NCBI GenBank assembly: GCA_000146045.2
Contig: BK006942.2
Location: 64,001-128,000 of the forward strand
DNA: 64,000 bases
Direction of reading: 5' to 3'
DNA from: TPA_inf: Saccharomyces
Lineage: Eukaryota
Every line of letters starts with the position of its first letter. Position 1 is the stretch's first letter. The notes under the pieces were generated by a model. That model made no database searches and was not told where the DNA came from. It saw nothing but the letters and a program-made list of their open reading frames with translations. Position numbers and translations under genes: made by a program. Positions 48,101 through 56,900 of the stretch are shown here, piece after piece.

Positions 48101-49237
48101 ATCAGATAAATCTTCTTCTTCATTGCTGGAAGCCTGCTTAACAATTTCATTTAGCACCCTGCATAGGATGTATATACTAATCAGAGATTTCCTATCTGCA
48201 AGGAATGCTTCTTCTTTTGCTACTTCAATTGTGTTCTCTAAACTTTTCAATTGTGAGTTCGCTATGGATGGACTTGAAGTAGCGCTATTGTTACTGCTAC
48301 TAGCTTTGATTAACGGAACTTTGTTGTTGAAAGATGAGGAAACGTGCCTTTTCATGCCAGGAAGATTATTGGTATTGTTATTATGTTTGTACTTTGAGGT
48401 TGTATTACTGGAAGATCTTGATAGCCGCCTATTCATTAAAAAATGAGCCTGCGAGGGATGTGCCTTTTCAAACTCATACTCTTTTAATAGTTTTTCCATT
48501 TCTTCTGAAGCAGAGTTGGCCGCTTCAGATTTAGTCTTCCTCCAAAACATCATTGCATCAATCACAGGTTTCGGTTTTTTCTTTGCAATGTGACCTAGAG
48601 ATTTAATAATTTCATCAAAGCTGGGATCAACGCCTTCACCAAGAATTTCTACAATTGGGGGTTCCGCCATGTCCAACTGCTGTAGACACATATTTAGTTT
48701 GTTCTCCGCGTAACGAATAAACTTTGTAAAAAGTATATGAAGAGCATATTCAGAGGGACTTTTCCAATCTGTAGCCATTTGCTGTCTCAAAGTAGTCACG
48801 TAGTCCTCTGCTACTGATTTTGCTGTAATGTCCGGCGGTGCTGATTCTTGCATTCTTTGCTGCTTTTGTTCAGGTAGTAGCATTGAAATCTTGTTTTGAT
48901 CACTTTGCTCCTCAACAAAGGTAGGCGGAAGAGCTTGACCTTCCCCCGTTCCTTGTTGCTGTTGTTGCCGTAAAAGTAATTGATTATTTAGAGAGGTGCC
49001 TTCAGACATATCAGTAGGAGATGGAATATCAATAATAGGTGCATCCGTAACGGATTGGTGAAGAGGAAATGTGTTAAGTGGCGCTTCGTTTATTTCCTCC
49101 AAGACATCCTGGCCTGAAGGATCAATATCTATTGATATCTGGTTATTGTTGCTAGAACCTTCTGCTTTATTTGTCGGTGGGAAGGTGAAACCAATGCCTT
49201 GATCCCTCTGGGGCGGGAAAGTAAATCTCGAGGCCAT
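42107..49237 (-). CDS. TAO3: Furry-family RAM-network scaffold protein (2376 aa)
   Basis: The ORF-track start 49252 is TTG. The first ATG is at 49237 (MASRFTFPPQRDQG...). Huge HEAT/ARM-like helical protein. 2376 aa from the ATG matches Tao3/Pag1. Confidence 0.93.
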   Translation of the reverse strand: MASRFTFPPQRDQGIGFTFPPTNKAEGSSNNNQISIDIDPSGQDVLEEINEAPLNTFPLHQSVTDAPIIDIPSPTDMSEGTSLNNQLLLRQQQQQGTGEGQALPPTFVEEQSDQNKISMLLPEQKQQRMQESAPPDITAKSVAEDYVTTLRQQMATDWKSPSEYALHILFTKFIRYAENKLNMCLQQLDMAEPPIVEILGEGVDPSFDEIIKSLGHIAKKKPKPVIDAMMFWRKTKSEAANSASEEMEKLLKEYEFEKAHPSQAHFLMNRRLSRSSSNTTSKYKHNNNTNNLPGMKRHVSSSFNNKVPLIKASSSNNSATSSPSIANSQLKSLENTIEVAKEEAFLADRKSLISIYILCRVLNEIVKQASSNEEEDLSDKLEEIVFTQLKTTDPLSISTSLIKSSNWNSFAELLGSMSEKKFLSVSDRFIADLEKIPAYIPPELEPSTHLLILGMRYLKLRNYPLEKFEESADFMKSLSKFFAKTENFPVCLAYAEVTNQLLLPLAGSLTAEVNHPTWVEAMSTLLNTAKRLQADSKYWVSGFKLTVSILCASPPDLFSKQWLSLLEANASKVKSKSLNERIIFAVGLSRLVWVYLYRCPETLNNTTRTLTKLLQLYLNTRKKENWITGDFGLLNPLTDALISIGFLHPNFLMEQALIPLIRQSFNGSNLENINYEKLILTINTYKGLLVTKERPRFPEDDNRLYELNLNNITVNQVQEASSINHTEISDYFYKLFLLLDSSIGSEVWSPENQHQKQSSNAFSPFGFSFSNDNDSSKNKSLYVILFGTIIEAIPCCLSISRTIPYKSTIEILSRNAVHSEVIISSSSQNALRALASKKNPYTLITWFAKYSFDFDEKTQSSYNMSYLSSKEYNRLLILYVELLECWLEEFQSSNKEENKKETGLDGIRLLPIDAEQEESNETEKLEWKNTVTVIEEVEGNGLFFLCSHDAKIRRLGIQILRIIFKFDEAMMEKTEKLSNGHSRSSSHFAADRGTRLIDLLNECNTTTLINPHKATLSAVEKTRFSRLNSKYKRGLLIKLAESEYGVDAALWQRAFPKLLALVFKTCPMAMALCRSIVCIRLVQVHEIILRVANDVDFKLKNVLPETIVNQWKLYLIAACTSLTSTFDQKLHIPSNIPQHGRKKSQQIFTVQHQKIKSAKSIFKMVLPLLNAKYIMIRDAIITGLSSMNINIFKAYVEAIDVFLVAWKEGSSNNQIRVEMFHILTILSPYLKSDMIFNDEWILRKLSEFLQKTKQFLEKDSVQISYEYQSLRSYFAGLILSYYMAVREHPLIDELFPFQARASCFNFLKEWCGYGEYEPISEERYAIMIKNTESGRDRTAITTGIEFQKNRLQMIVLETMVVLCSDPITQTLDDDLELPIVISFDTEDLLAWIEALFDSDNTTVKNLGVRALENLLDKNRENFKLFRDVAFQCVSHHSHPSVAVLYYTTLCKSVLKLDNLVLDEDELVSLGLYGLVADKEDTRTFAVDLLSAVETKLHNSSYTKVFKERLANSSKTVYKSTAKEISSIFAELLSQDLCLRIFSSLVRILDLFPFEIKRDLLVLMVPWVNKFTLKSLEELDTFMVLNNLFYITIDLNDSLPNEVEQLWISLGKGNSFQNIHVSLEYIINSSMNHCNPLFVQYARDIVLYLANIPGGIGLLDTLLNNLEPKYMVPLAKHTFNEPMNNNKYSFLGNIWERLNYNGKRIIFSKAQLSIIFLVNLLTNLSESVKAKIPLLLHMSICLLDHYVPLIHESACKIASTLIFGLAPSHEKSEETVKLLRNKHALWSYDNLMKKGARSPKTMDLLIRNIISIFSDLDEFQVTWQRIALKWATTCSVRHIACRSFQIFRSLLTFLDQEMLRDMLHRLSNTISDGNVDIQGFAMQILMTLNAIMAELDPTNLISFPQLFWSITACLSSIHEQEFIEVLSCLSKFISKIDLDSPDTVQCLVAIFPSNWEGRFDGLQQIVMTGLRSANSLEITWKFLDKLNLLKDSRIIANTESRLLFALIANLPRFLNAMDRKDFTGIQVAADSLIELANAYKQPSLSRLIDSLAKNKFRSKKDFMSQVVSFISRNYFPSYSAQTLVFLLGLLFNKIGWIRVQTLEILKYVFPLIDLRRPEFIGVGADLISPLLRLLFTEYEAKALEVLDCVPNVSGSKMDKDVLRITMGNKDVKDGDNATTTLFGLPEDSGWSVPMPTMTAATTRHNVHAVFMTCGTGKSDEVSAHGSDDMDAVIEFHADGDYELGRMDTIVEFHADGDYDLGRMDTNDSISVAEEKDASLSHMWAELDNLDSFFTKDTNVPNISSKMGMGIPHGRSDSIETTRTDQTFSFESAPQLYDKKVSVILNRSLSRTPSNVSFKTHLADSFAVKINRNGKPRI
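42450..42551 (-). repeat. TAO3: Tandem 51-bp direct duplication within the TAO3 coding sequence (two 17-aa repeats)
   Basis: 42450..42500 tccattctaccaaggtcataatcaccgtccgcatgaaactcgacaattgta, and 42501..42551 tccattctgccgagttcatagtcaccatccgcatgaaattcgataactgca. These are ~80% identical. The protein reads …VIEFHADGDYELGRMDT IVEFHADGDYDLGRMDT…. Confidence 0.9.
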
Positions 49238-49805
49238 TTTGATGTATAACAAAACTAAAAAGGGTTATTAAAATGGGAACACAACAAACAACCAGAATTT
49301 TCACACTTTAACCAGTCACGTCCTATTATGAAGACCTAAATCCACATTTGCTTTCTCTCTTCATTTGCCTAATCCTTTATCCCAATTTCTACAGTTCTAT
49401 ATGTATTTTCCTGTGTGGCTGTCGTTTCGTGGTTAGTGATACAACCATAACGATTCAACCAACTCCCAATGTATGTGATGTTGATACCGCTAATTTGGAA
49501 GGGATGGTATACTCTAGGTGACCTCAATGAGTCAAAGAGAGCTAGGACATACTTCGAGATAGGTAATACCACTTTGCAGCTTCTTTTTAGGCCTTCATGA
49601 GTGAGTAGCCAAGAAAAAGTTAAAAGCGGGTAATAGGTATGAATTTTTCAAATACTGAAATTTGGTTTAGTTATTTAAGTGAATTGTAGATTATGTACAT
49701 TTTACGTGCAATGAAGGAGTCACCTCTATGATCATCTAGTTATTAGCTGTTAGTTTTCATTGAACTTGTTTTAACTGGGAAAAAGCGGAACAATTGGGCC
49801 TTACA

Positions 49806-52800
49806 ATGACACCAGACGAACTAAATTCAGCAGTCGTCACCTTTATGGCCAATCTGAATATTGATGATTCGAAGGCCAACGAAACCGCTTCCACAGTAAC
49901 GGATTCTATTGTACACCGATCAATAAAATTGCTGGAAGTTGTCGTTGCGTTGAAAGATTATTTTCTTTCAGAAAATGAGGTAGAAAGGAAGAAAGCGTTG
50001 ACATGTTTAACCACTATCTTAGCAAAAACTCCCAAGGACCACCTCTCCAAAAACGAATGCTCAGTAATATTTCAGTTTTACCAGTCTAAGCTTGATGATC
50101 AAGCGCTTGCAAAAGAAGTCTTGGAGGGCTTCGCCGCATTAGCTCCAATGAAATATGTCTCCATTAACGAGATAGCCCAACTTTTGAGATTATTATTGGA
50201 CAACTATCAACAAGGCCAGCATTTGGCATCAACTAGACTGTGGCCATTTAAAATTTTGAGAAAAATATTTGATAGATTTTTCGTCAATGGATCCTCGACC
50301 GAACAAGTCAAACGAATCAACGATTTGTTTATTGAAACATTTCTTCATGTTGCCAATGGTGAAAAAGACCCTAGAAATTTACTCTTGTCATTTGCACTTA
50401 ATAAATCTATCACATCGTCCTTGCAAAACGTGGAGAATTTTAAAGAAGACTTATTTGATGTCTTATTTTGCTATTTCCCAATCACTTTCAAGCCACCAAA
50501 GCATGATCCTTACAAGATCTCCAACCAAGATTTAAAAACAGCTTTGCGATCAGCAATTACTGCGACGCCATTATTTGCCGAAGATGCTTATAGCAATTTG
50601 CTGGACAAACTCACTGCTTCTTCACCGGTAGTGAAAAATGATACACTTCTGACGCTATTAGAATGCGTTAGAAAATTCGGCGGCTCTTCTATATTGGAAA
50701 ATTGGACGTTACTTTGGAACGCTTTGAAATTTGAAATTATGCAAAACAGCGAAGGAAATGAAAACACTCTACTAAATCCGTACAATAAAGACCAACAGAG
50801 TGATGATGTGGGCCAATATACTAACTACGATGCTTGCTTGAAAATTATTAATCTAATGGCATTGCAACTATACAATTTTGACAAAGTATCATTTGAAAAG
50901 TTCTTCACTCATGTATTAGATGAGTTGAAACCAAATTTTAAATATGAAAAGGATTTGAAGCAAACCTGCCAGATTTTGTCCGCTATAGGTAGTGGGAATG
51001 TCGAGATATTTAACAAGGTCATTTCGTCAACTTTCCCCTTATTTTTGATCAATACATCTGAAGTTGCCAAACTTAAGCTGCTGATTATGAATTTTTCTTT
51101 TTTTGTTGACTCGTACATTGATTTGTTTGGAAGAACATCTAAAGAATCGTTGGGAACACCGGTGCCAAATAATAAAATGGCTGAATACAAAGACGAGATC
51201 ATAATGATTTTGAGCATGGCCTTGACAAGAAGCTCCAAGGCAGAGGTTACCATAAGGACTCTATCTGTGATTCAATTCACAAAAATGATTAAAATGAAGG
51301 GCTTTTTAACCCCAGAGGAAGTTTCACTAATTATTCAATACTTCACGGAAGAAATATTAACGGATAACAACAAAAACATTTACTATGCTTGTTTGGAAGG
51401 GTTAAAGACAATCAGTGAGATATATGAGGATTTAGTTTTTGAAATATCATTGAAGAAATTATTGGATTTGTTACCTGATTGCTTCGAGGAAAAAATTCGA
51501 GTAAATGATGAGGAAAATATTCACATTGAAACAATTTTGAAGATTATTCTTGATTTCACCACTTCGAGACATATTTTGGTCAAAGAAAGCATTACATTTT
51601 TAGCGACAAAATTGAATAGGGTAGCTAAAATTTCGAAATCCAGAGAATATTGCTTTCTACTTATTTCAACCATATATTCTCTTTTTAATAATAATAATCA
51701 AAATGAGAACGTGCTAAATGAAGAAGATGCTCTTGCACTCAAGAATGCCATTGAGCCAAAATTATTTGAGATAATTACTCAGGAATCGGCCATTGTAAGT
51801 GACAATTACAATTTGACACTTCTATCTAACGTTCTTTTCTTCACCAATTTGAAAATTCCACAGGCTGCACACCAAGAAGAACTAGACAGATATAACGAGC
51901 TTTTCATTTCTGAAGGTAAGATAAGAATCTTAGACACACCGAATGTATTGGCTATTTCATATGCTAAAATATTATCCGCACTAAATAAAAACTGCCAATT
52001 CCCCCAAAAATTTACAGTGCTTTTCGGAACGGTTCAACTACTCAAAAAACATGCTCCAAGAATGACGGAGACTGAAAAATTAGGATACCTGGAATTGCTG
52101 TTGGTCTTATCAAATAAATTCGTCTCTGAAAAAGATGTGATAGGATTATTCGATTGGAAAGACTTATCAGTAATTAATCTTGAAGTGATGGTTTGGTTGA
52201 CTAAAGGGCTGATAATGCAAAACTCATTAGAGTCATCAGAAATTGCAAAAAAGTTTATTGATTTACTGTCTAATGAAGAGATTGGCTCACTTGTATCGAA
52301 GCTATTCGAAGTTTTTGTCATGGATATCAGTTCTTTGAAGAAATTTAAAGGTATCAGTTGGAATAATAACGTTAAAATCTTGTACAAACAAAAATTCTTC
52401 GGTGACATTTTTCAAACACTAGTCAGCAACTATAAAAATACCGTGGACATGACCATTAAATGCAATTATTTAACTGCATTATCCTTAGTGTTGAAGCATA
52501 CTCCAAGCCAATCGGTTGGTCCTTTTATCAACGATTTATTCCCGCTTTTATTGCAGGCTTTGGATATGCCTGATCCTGAAGTAAGGGTATCCGCTTTAGA
52601 AACTCTGAAGGACACTACGGATAAACATCACACTTTAATTACTGAACACGTAAGCACAATAGTTCCATTATTACTATCTCTTTCGCTTCCGCACAAATAT
52701 AATAGTGTCAGTGTCAGGTTAATAGCCTTACAGCTTCTAGAAATGATTACGACTGTAGTACCTCTAAACTATTGTTTGAGCTATCAGGACGATGTTCTAA

Positions 52801-52904
52801 GCGCTTTAATACCAGTTTTATCTGACAAAAAAAGAATAATAAGAAAGCAATGCGTTGACACAAGACAGGTTTATTATGAATTAGGCCAAATCCCGTTCGA
52901 GTAA
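49806..52904 (+). CDS. MET18: Cytosolic Fe-S assembly targeting-complex HEAT-repeat protein (MMS19 homolog), 1032 aa
   Basis: The ORF-track start 49794 is TTG. The first ATG is at 49806 (MTPDELNSAVVTFMANLNIDDSK...). All-helical HEAT-repeat protein. 1032 aa. Confidence 0.92.
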   Translation: MTPDELNSAVVTFMANLNIDDSKANETASTVTDSIVHRSIKLLEVVVALKDYFLSENEVERKKALTCLTTILAKTPKDHLSKNECSVIFQFYQSKLDDQALAKEVLEGFAALAPMKYVSINEIAQLLRLLLDNYQQGQHLASTRLWPFKILRKIFDRFFVNGSSTEQVKRINDLFIETFLHVANGEKDPRNLLLSFALNKSITSSLQNVENFKEDLFDVLFCYFPITFKPPKHDPYKISNQDLKTALRSAITATPLFAEDAYSNLLDKLTASSPVVKNDTLLTLLECVRKFGGSSILENWTLLWNALKFEIMQNSEGNENTLLNPYNKDQQSDDVGQYTNYDACLKIINLMALQLYNFDKVSFEKFFTHVLDELKPNFKYEKDLKQTCQILSAIGSGNVEIFNKVISSTFPLFLINTSEVAKLKLLIMNFSFFVDSYIDLFGRTSKESLGTPVPNNKMAEYKDEIIMILSMALTRSSKAEVTIRTLSVIQFTKMIKMKGFLTPEEVSLIIQYFTEEILTDNNKNIYYACLEGLKTISEIYEDLVFEISLKKLLDLLPDCFEEKIRVNDEENIHIETILKIILDFTTSRHILVKESITFLATKLNRVAKISKSREYCFLLISTIYSLFNNNNQNENVLNEEDALALKNAIEPKLFEIITQESAIVSDNYNLTLLSNVLFFTNLKIPQAAHQEELDRYNELFISEGKIRILDTPNVLAISYAKILSALNKNCQFPQKFTVLFGTVQLLKKHAPRMTETEKLGYLELLLVLSNKFVSEKDVIGLFDWKDLSVINLEVMVWLTKGLIMQNSLESSEIAKKFIDLLSNEEIGSLVSKLFEVFVMDISSLKKFKGISWNNNVKILYKQKFFGDIFQTLVSNYKNTVDMTIKCNYLTALSLVLKHTPSQSVGPFINDLFPLLLQALDMPDPEVRVSALETLKDTTDKHHTLITEHVSTIVPLLLSLSLPHKYNSVSVRLIALQLLEMITTVVPLNYCLSYQDDVLSALIPVLSDKKRIIRKQCVDTRQVYYELGQIPFE

Positions 52905-53023
52905 ACGCTTGTATTTAATAATTTGTTCACATTGATGAGCACGTGAAAATCTTAGCGAGTATACTAAGTAAATATGATTCTTTTATGTATAGTACAGCAA
53001 AATAGCATTTATTTTTATTACGT

Positions 53024-53644
53024 TTAATCTTCTTCACTAGAGTCTTCCTCGTCGCTTAGTCCTACAGGTGCCAAACCCGGTGTCAGACCAGGATATCTAT
53101 GATCTTTAACAAAATCGCTCTCTTTGATATCTTCCTTGAATTGTTTTCTTTTGAACCTTCTTCTTTTACTCCTGTCTGTGTTCGCAGTGGAAACTGTATC
53201 CTTCAAGATGGATTGCTGAATGTCTTCAAGCTCATCTCGTACTTCCTCTTCTAAATCCCACGACCTCAAATTTTGAGAATTCCTTTTGATTAACTTATTC
53301 AAATACTTCCTCTCATGGTCCGTTAATGTGCCCTCATGTTGATGTTTTTTCAAAACCTGGTGTTTTGCCAGTTGTTCAAGTTGCTCTTTATCTAATTTAT
53401 GTTTCTTAACTTTTTTTTTTTTGACCAGTTTGCATTTTTTTTTAATTTTGTGAACGTCTCTGTTTTGTAACTGTACTCTCTTTTTCAAGTTCCTGTCGAT
53501 TAACTGAGCTTTTGACCCATTGTTTACACTTGTTTTGCCATTATTAGCTCTGATTTTGGGAACGCCAGGCAAAAGGTTTGATAGCAGTCCATTAACAACC
53601 GAGGTGGCCTGGTATTTAGATGTTTGGCTCAGCGAAGATGACAT
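53024..53644 (-). CDS. RRT14: Lys-rich nucleolar protein implicated in rDNA transcription/ribosome biogenesis (206 aa)
   Basis: ATG at 53644 (MSSSLSQTSKYQATSVVNGLL...). Very basic KKKCKLVKKKKVKKHK stretch. 206 aa. Its promoter carries PAC+RRPE motifs (see regulatory features). Confidence 0.85.
   Translation of the reverse strand: MSSSLSQTSKYQATSVVNGLLSNLLPGVPKIRANNGKTSVNNGSKAQLIDRNLKKRVQLQNRDVHKIKKKCKLVKKKKVKKHKLDKEQLEQLAKHQVLKKHQHEGTLTDHERKYLNKLIKRNSQNLRSWDLEEEVRDELEDIQQSILKDTVSTANTDRSKRRRFKRKQFKEDIKESDFVKDHRYPGLTPGLAPVGLSDEEDSSEED
53411..53422 (-). repeat. RRT14: A12 homopolymer (T12 on the plus strand) inside the RRT14 coding sequence, with a second A9 at 53435..53443
   Basis: These runs encode the KKKKVKK stretch. 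Homopolymers of this length are polymerase slippage and frameshift hotspots. Confidence 0.9.
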
Positions 53645-53751
53645 TTTGGCCTAGCTAGCTCCCTCCTTAAGTTGTTCGTATTCTAAACAACTTTTCCACA
53701 AAACAATATTTCCACAGTTGCCAGCTATATTTCCATATTCCTTAGTTAAAG

Positions 53752-53768
53752 CTCATCGCAAAATTTTT
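53752..53768. promoter_or_regulatory. Adjacent PAC (CTCATCGC = GCGATGAG revcomp, 53752..53759) and RRPE (AAAATTTTT, 53760..53768) motifs ~110 bp upstream of RRT14
   Basis: The canonical ribosome-biogenesis regulon motif pair is directly abutting, located in the RRT14/STH1 divergent intergenic region. Confidence 0.6.
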
Positions 53769-53784
53769 CAAAGAGCATTAGGGT

Positions 53785-53804
53785 CACGTGTATACATTCA
53801 CGTG
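53785..53804. promoter_or_regulatory. Two CACGTG E-boxes (Cbf1/Pho4-type) spaced 8 bp apart (GTCACGTGT 53783..53791; TTCACGTGAC 53797..53806)
   Basis: gggtCACGTGtatacattCACGTGac. The second matches the Cbf1 consensus RTCACGTGA. In the RRT14/STH1 intergenic region. Confidence 0.5.
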
Positions 53805-53991
53805 ACTATCTAGTACCCGCCCCGTGGCAAAAAAAGAAGACACCAATTTGGCACTGAGAAAAGAAAAAGTTTATCAATAACGAAAACGAAACTTAAGAGG
53901 AAAAAGAGTATAGAGAAAAACAAAGGCAATCAGCGGCTAATTTGGTGGAAATAACAACACAAAGAGGCAGCACAGTTTAGAGCAAGCGCGA

Positions 53992-56900
53992 ATGCTTCAG
54001 GAACAATCTGAGTTGATGAGCACGGTGATGAATAATACACCTACAACAGTTGCCGCATTGGCTGCGGTTGCTGCAGCCTCTGAAACAAATGGAAAGCTGG
54101 GGTCCGAGGAACAACCTGAAATCACTATTCCAAAGCCGAGGAGTAGTGCACAGTTGGAGCAGCTACTCTACCGCTATAGGGCTATTCAAAACCATCCAAA
54201 GGAAAACAAGTTGGAGATCAAGGCAATAGAAGACACTTTTAGGAATATATCACGTGATCAGGATATCTACGAAACAAAGTTGGATACCTTGAGAAAGAGT
54301 ATAGATAAAGGATTTCAGTACGATGAGGATTTATTGAATAAACACTTGGTTGCCTTACAGTTACTGGAGAAAGATACAGATGTCCCTGACTACTTCTTAG
54401 ACTTACCAGACACCAAGAACGATAACACTACGGCGATCGAAGTAGACTATTCTGAAAAGAAACCAATAAAAATATCAGCAGATTTCAATGCGAAGGCCAA
54501 AAGTTTGGGTTTAGAATCAAAATTTTCTAACGCTACGAAGACTGCATTGGGCGATCCAGATACCGAAATAAGGATTTCTGCACGTATATCCAACAGAATT
54601 AACGAGCTGGAAAGATTACCTGCCAATCTGGGTACATACTCACTAGATGATTGTTTAGAGTTTATTACAAAAGATGATTTATCGTCCAGAATGGATACTT
54701 TCAAAATCAAAGCTCTTGTGGAATTGAAAAGTTTAAAGCTACTAACTAAACAAAAATCGATTAGGCAAAAGTTAATCAACAATGTTGCCAGCCAGGCACA
54801 CCACAATATTCCATATCTACGTGATTCTCCTTTCACAGCAGCTGCACAAAGATCTGTTCAAATTAGAAGCAAAGTTATTGTCCCACAAACCGTTCGTTTG
54901 GCAGAAGAATTAGAAAGGCAACAACTATTGGAAAAAAGAAAAAAGGAACGTAATTTACATTTACAAAAAATAAACAGCATCATTGATTTCATCAAAGAAA
55001 GGCAGTCCGAGCAATGGTCTCGTCAAGAACGTTGCTTTCAGTTCGGTAGATTAGGCGCTTCATTACACAATCAAATGGAGAAAGATGAACAGAAAAGAAT
55101 AGAAAGAACTGCTAAGCAACGTTTAGCTGCTTTGAAGTCTAACGATGAGGAGGCTTATTTAAAGCTTTTAGATCAAACTAAGGATACTAGAATTACACAG
55201 TTATTGAGGCAGACTAATTCCTTTTTGGATTCTTTGTCGGAGGCTGTTAGAGCACAACAAAACGAAGCAAAAATTCTTCATGGTGAGGAAGTCCAACCAA
55301 TTACAGATGAAGAAAGAGAAAAGACTGACTATTATGAAGTCGCTCATAGGATCAAAGAAAAAATTGATAAACAACCTTCTATTCTTGTTGGCGGCACTTT
55401 AAAAGAGTATCAATTACGAGGTTTAGAATGGATGGTGTCGTTGTACAATAATCATTTGAACGGTATTCTAGCAGATGAGATGGGTTTAGGTAAAACCATC
55501 CAATCTATTTCTCTAATAACATATCTTTATGAAGTTAAGAAAGACATCGGCCCTTTCCTAGTCATTGTACCTTTATCCACAATAACCAATTGGACTTTAG
55601 AATTTGAAAAATGGGCTCCGAGCTTAAACACTATTATATACAAAGGTACACCAAATCAAAGACACTCTTTACAGCATCAAATAAGGGTTGGAAATTTTGA
55701 CGTCTTATTGACAACATATGAGTATATTATTAAAGATAAATCTCTTTTATCAAAACATGATTGGGCTCATATGATCATTGACGAAGGTCATAGAATGAAA
55801 AATGCTCAATCGAAGTTATCATTCACAATTTCTCATTATTATCGTACAAGAAACAGATTGATTTTAACGGGTACTCCTTTGCAGAACAATCTACCAGAAT
55901 TATGGGCACTGTTGAACTTTGTTTTGCCTAAAATTTTCAATTCTGCGAAGACTTTTGAAGATTGGTTTAATACTCCATTTGCCAACACCGGTACCCAAGA
56001 GAAACTAGAATTAACGGAAGAAGAAACTCTGTTAATTATTAGAAGATTACATAAGGTGTTAAGGCCATTTTTATTGCGTCGTTTGAAAAAGGAAGTGGAA
56101 AAGGATTTGCCTGATAAAGTGGAAAAAGTTATCAAATGTAAACTGTCTGGTTTGCAACAACAGTTATATCAGCAAATGCTAAAGCATAACGCGCTATTTG
56201 TTGGTGCAGGGACTGAGGGGGCTACAAAGGGTGGTATTAAAGGTTTGAACAATAAGATTATGCAATTAAGAAAAATCTGCAACCATCCATTCGTATTTGA
56301 TGAAGTGGAAGGTGTTGTAAACCCCTCAAGAGGTAATAGTGATTTACTTTTCAGAGTAGCGGGCAAGTTTGAATTACTGGATAGAGTGCTACCGAAATTC
56401 AAAGCCTCAGGCCACAGAGTGCTAATGTTTTTCCAAATGACTCAAGTTATGGATATTATGGAAGACTTCCTAAGAATGAAAGATTTGAAGTATATGAGAT
56501 TAGATGGTAGCACTAAGACTGAAGAAAGAACAGAAATGCTGAATGCATTTAATGCTCCAGATTCAGATTATTTCTGTTTCCTTTTGTCAACTAGAGCCGG
56601 TGGTTTGGGTTTGAATTTACAAACTGCAGATACGGTGATCATCTTTGATACAGATTGGAATCCACACCAAGATTTACAGGCCCAAGATAGAGCTCACAGA
56701 ATTGGACAAAAGAATGAGGTTAGAATTTTAAGATTAATTACCACTGATTCCGTAGAGGAAGTTATTTTGGAAAGAGCTATGCAGAAATTGGACATTGACG
56801 GCAAGGTTATCCAGGCAGGTAAGTTTGATAACAAATCAACTGCAGAAGAGCAAGAAGCTTTTTTGAGAAGATTGATCGAAAGTGAAACGAACAGGGATGA

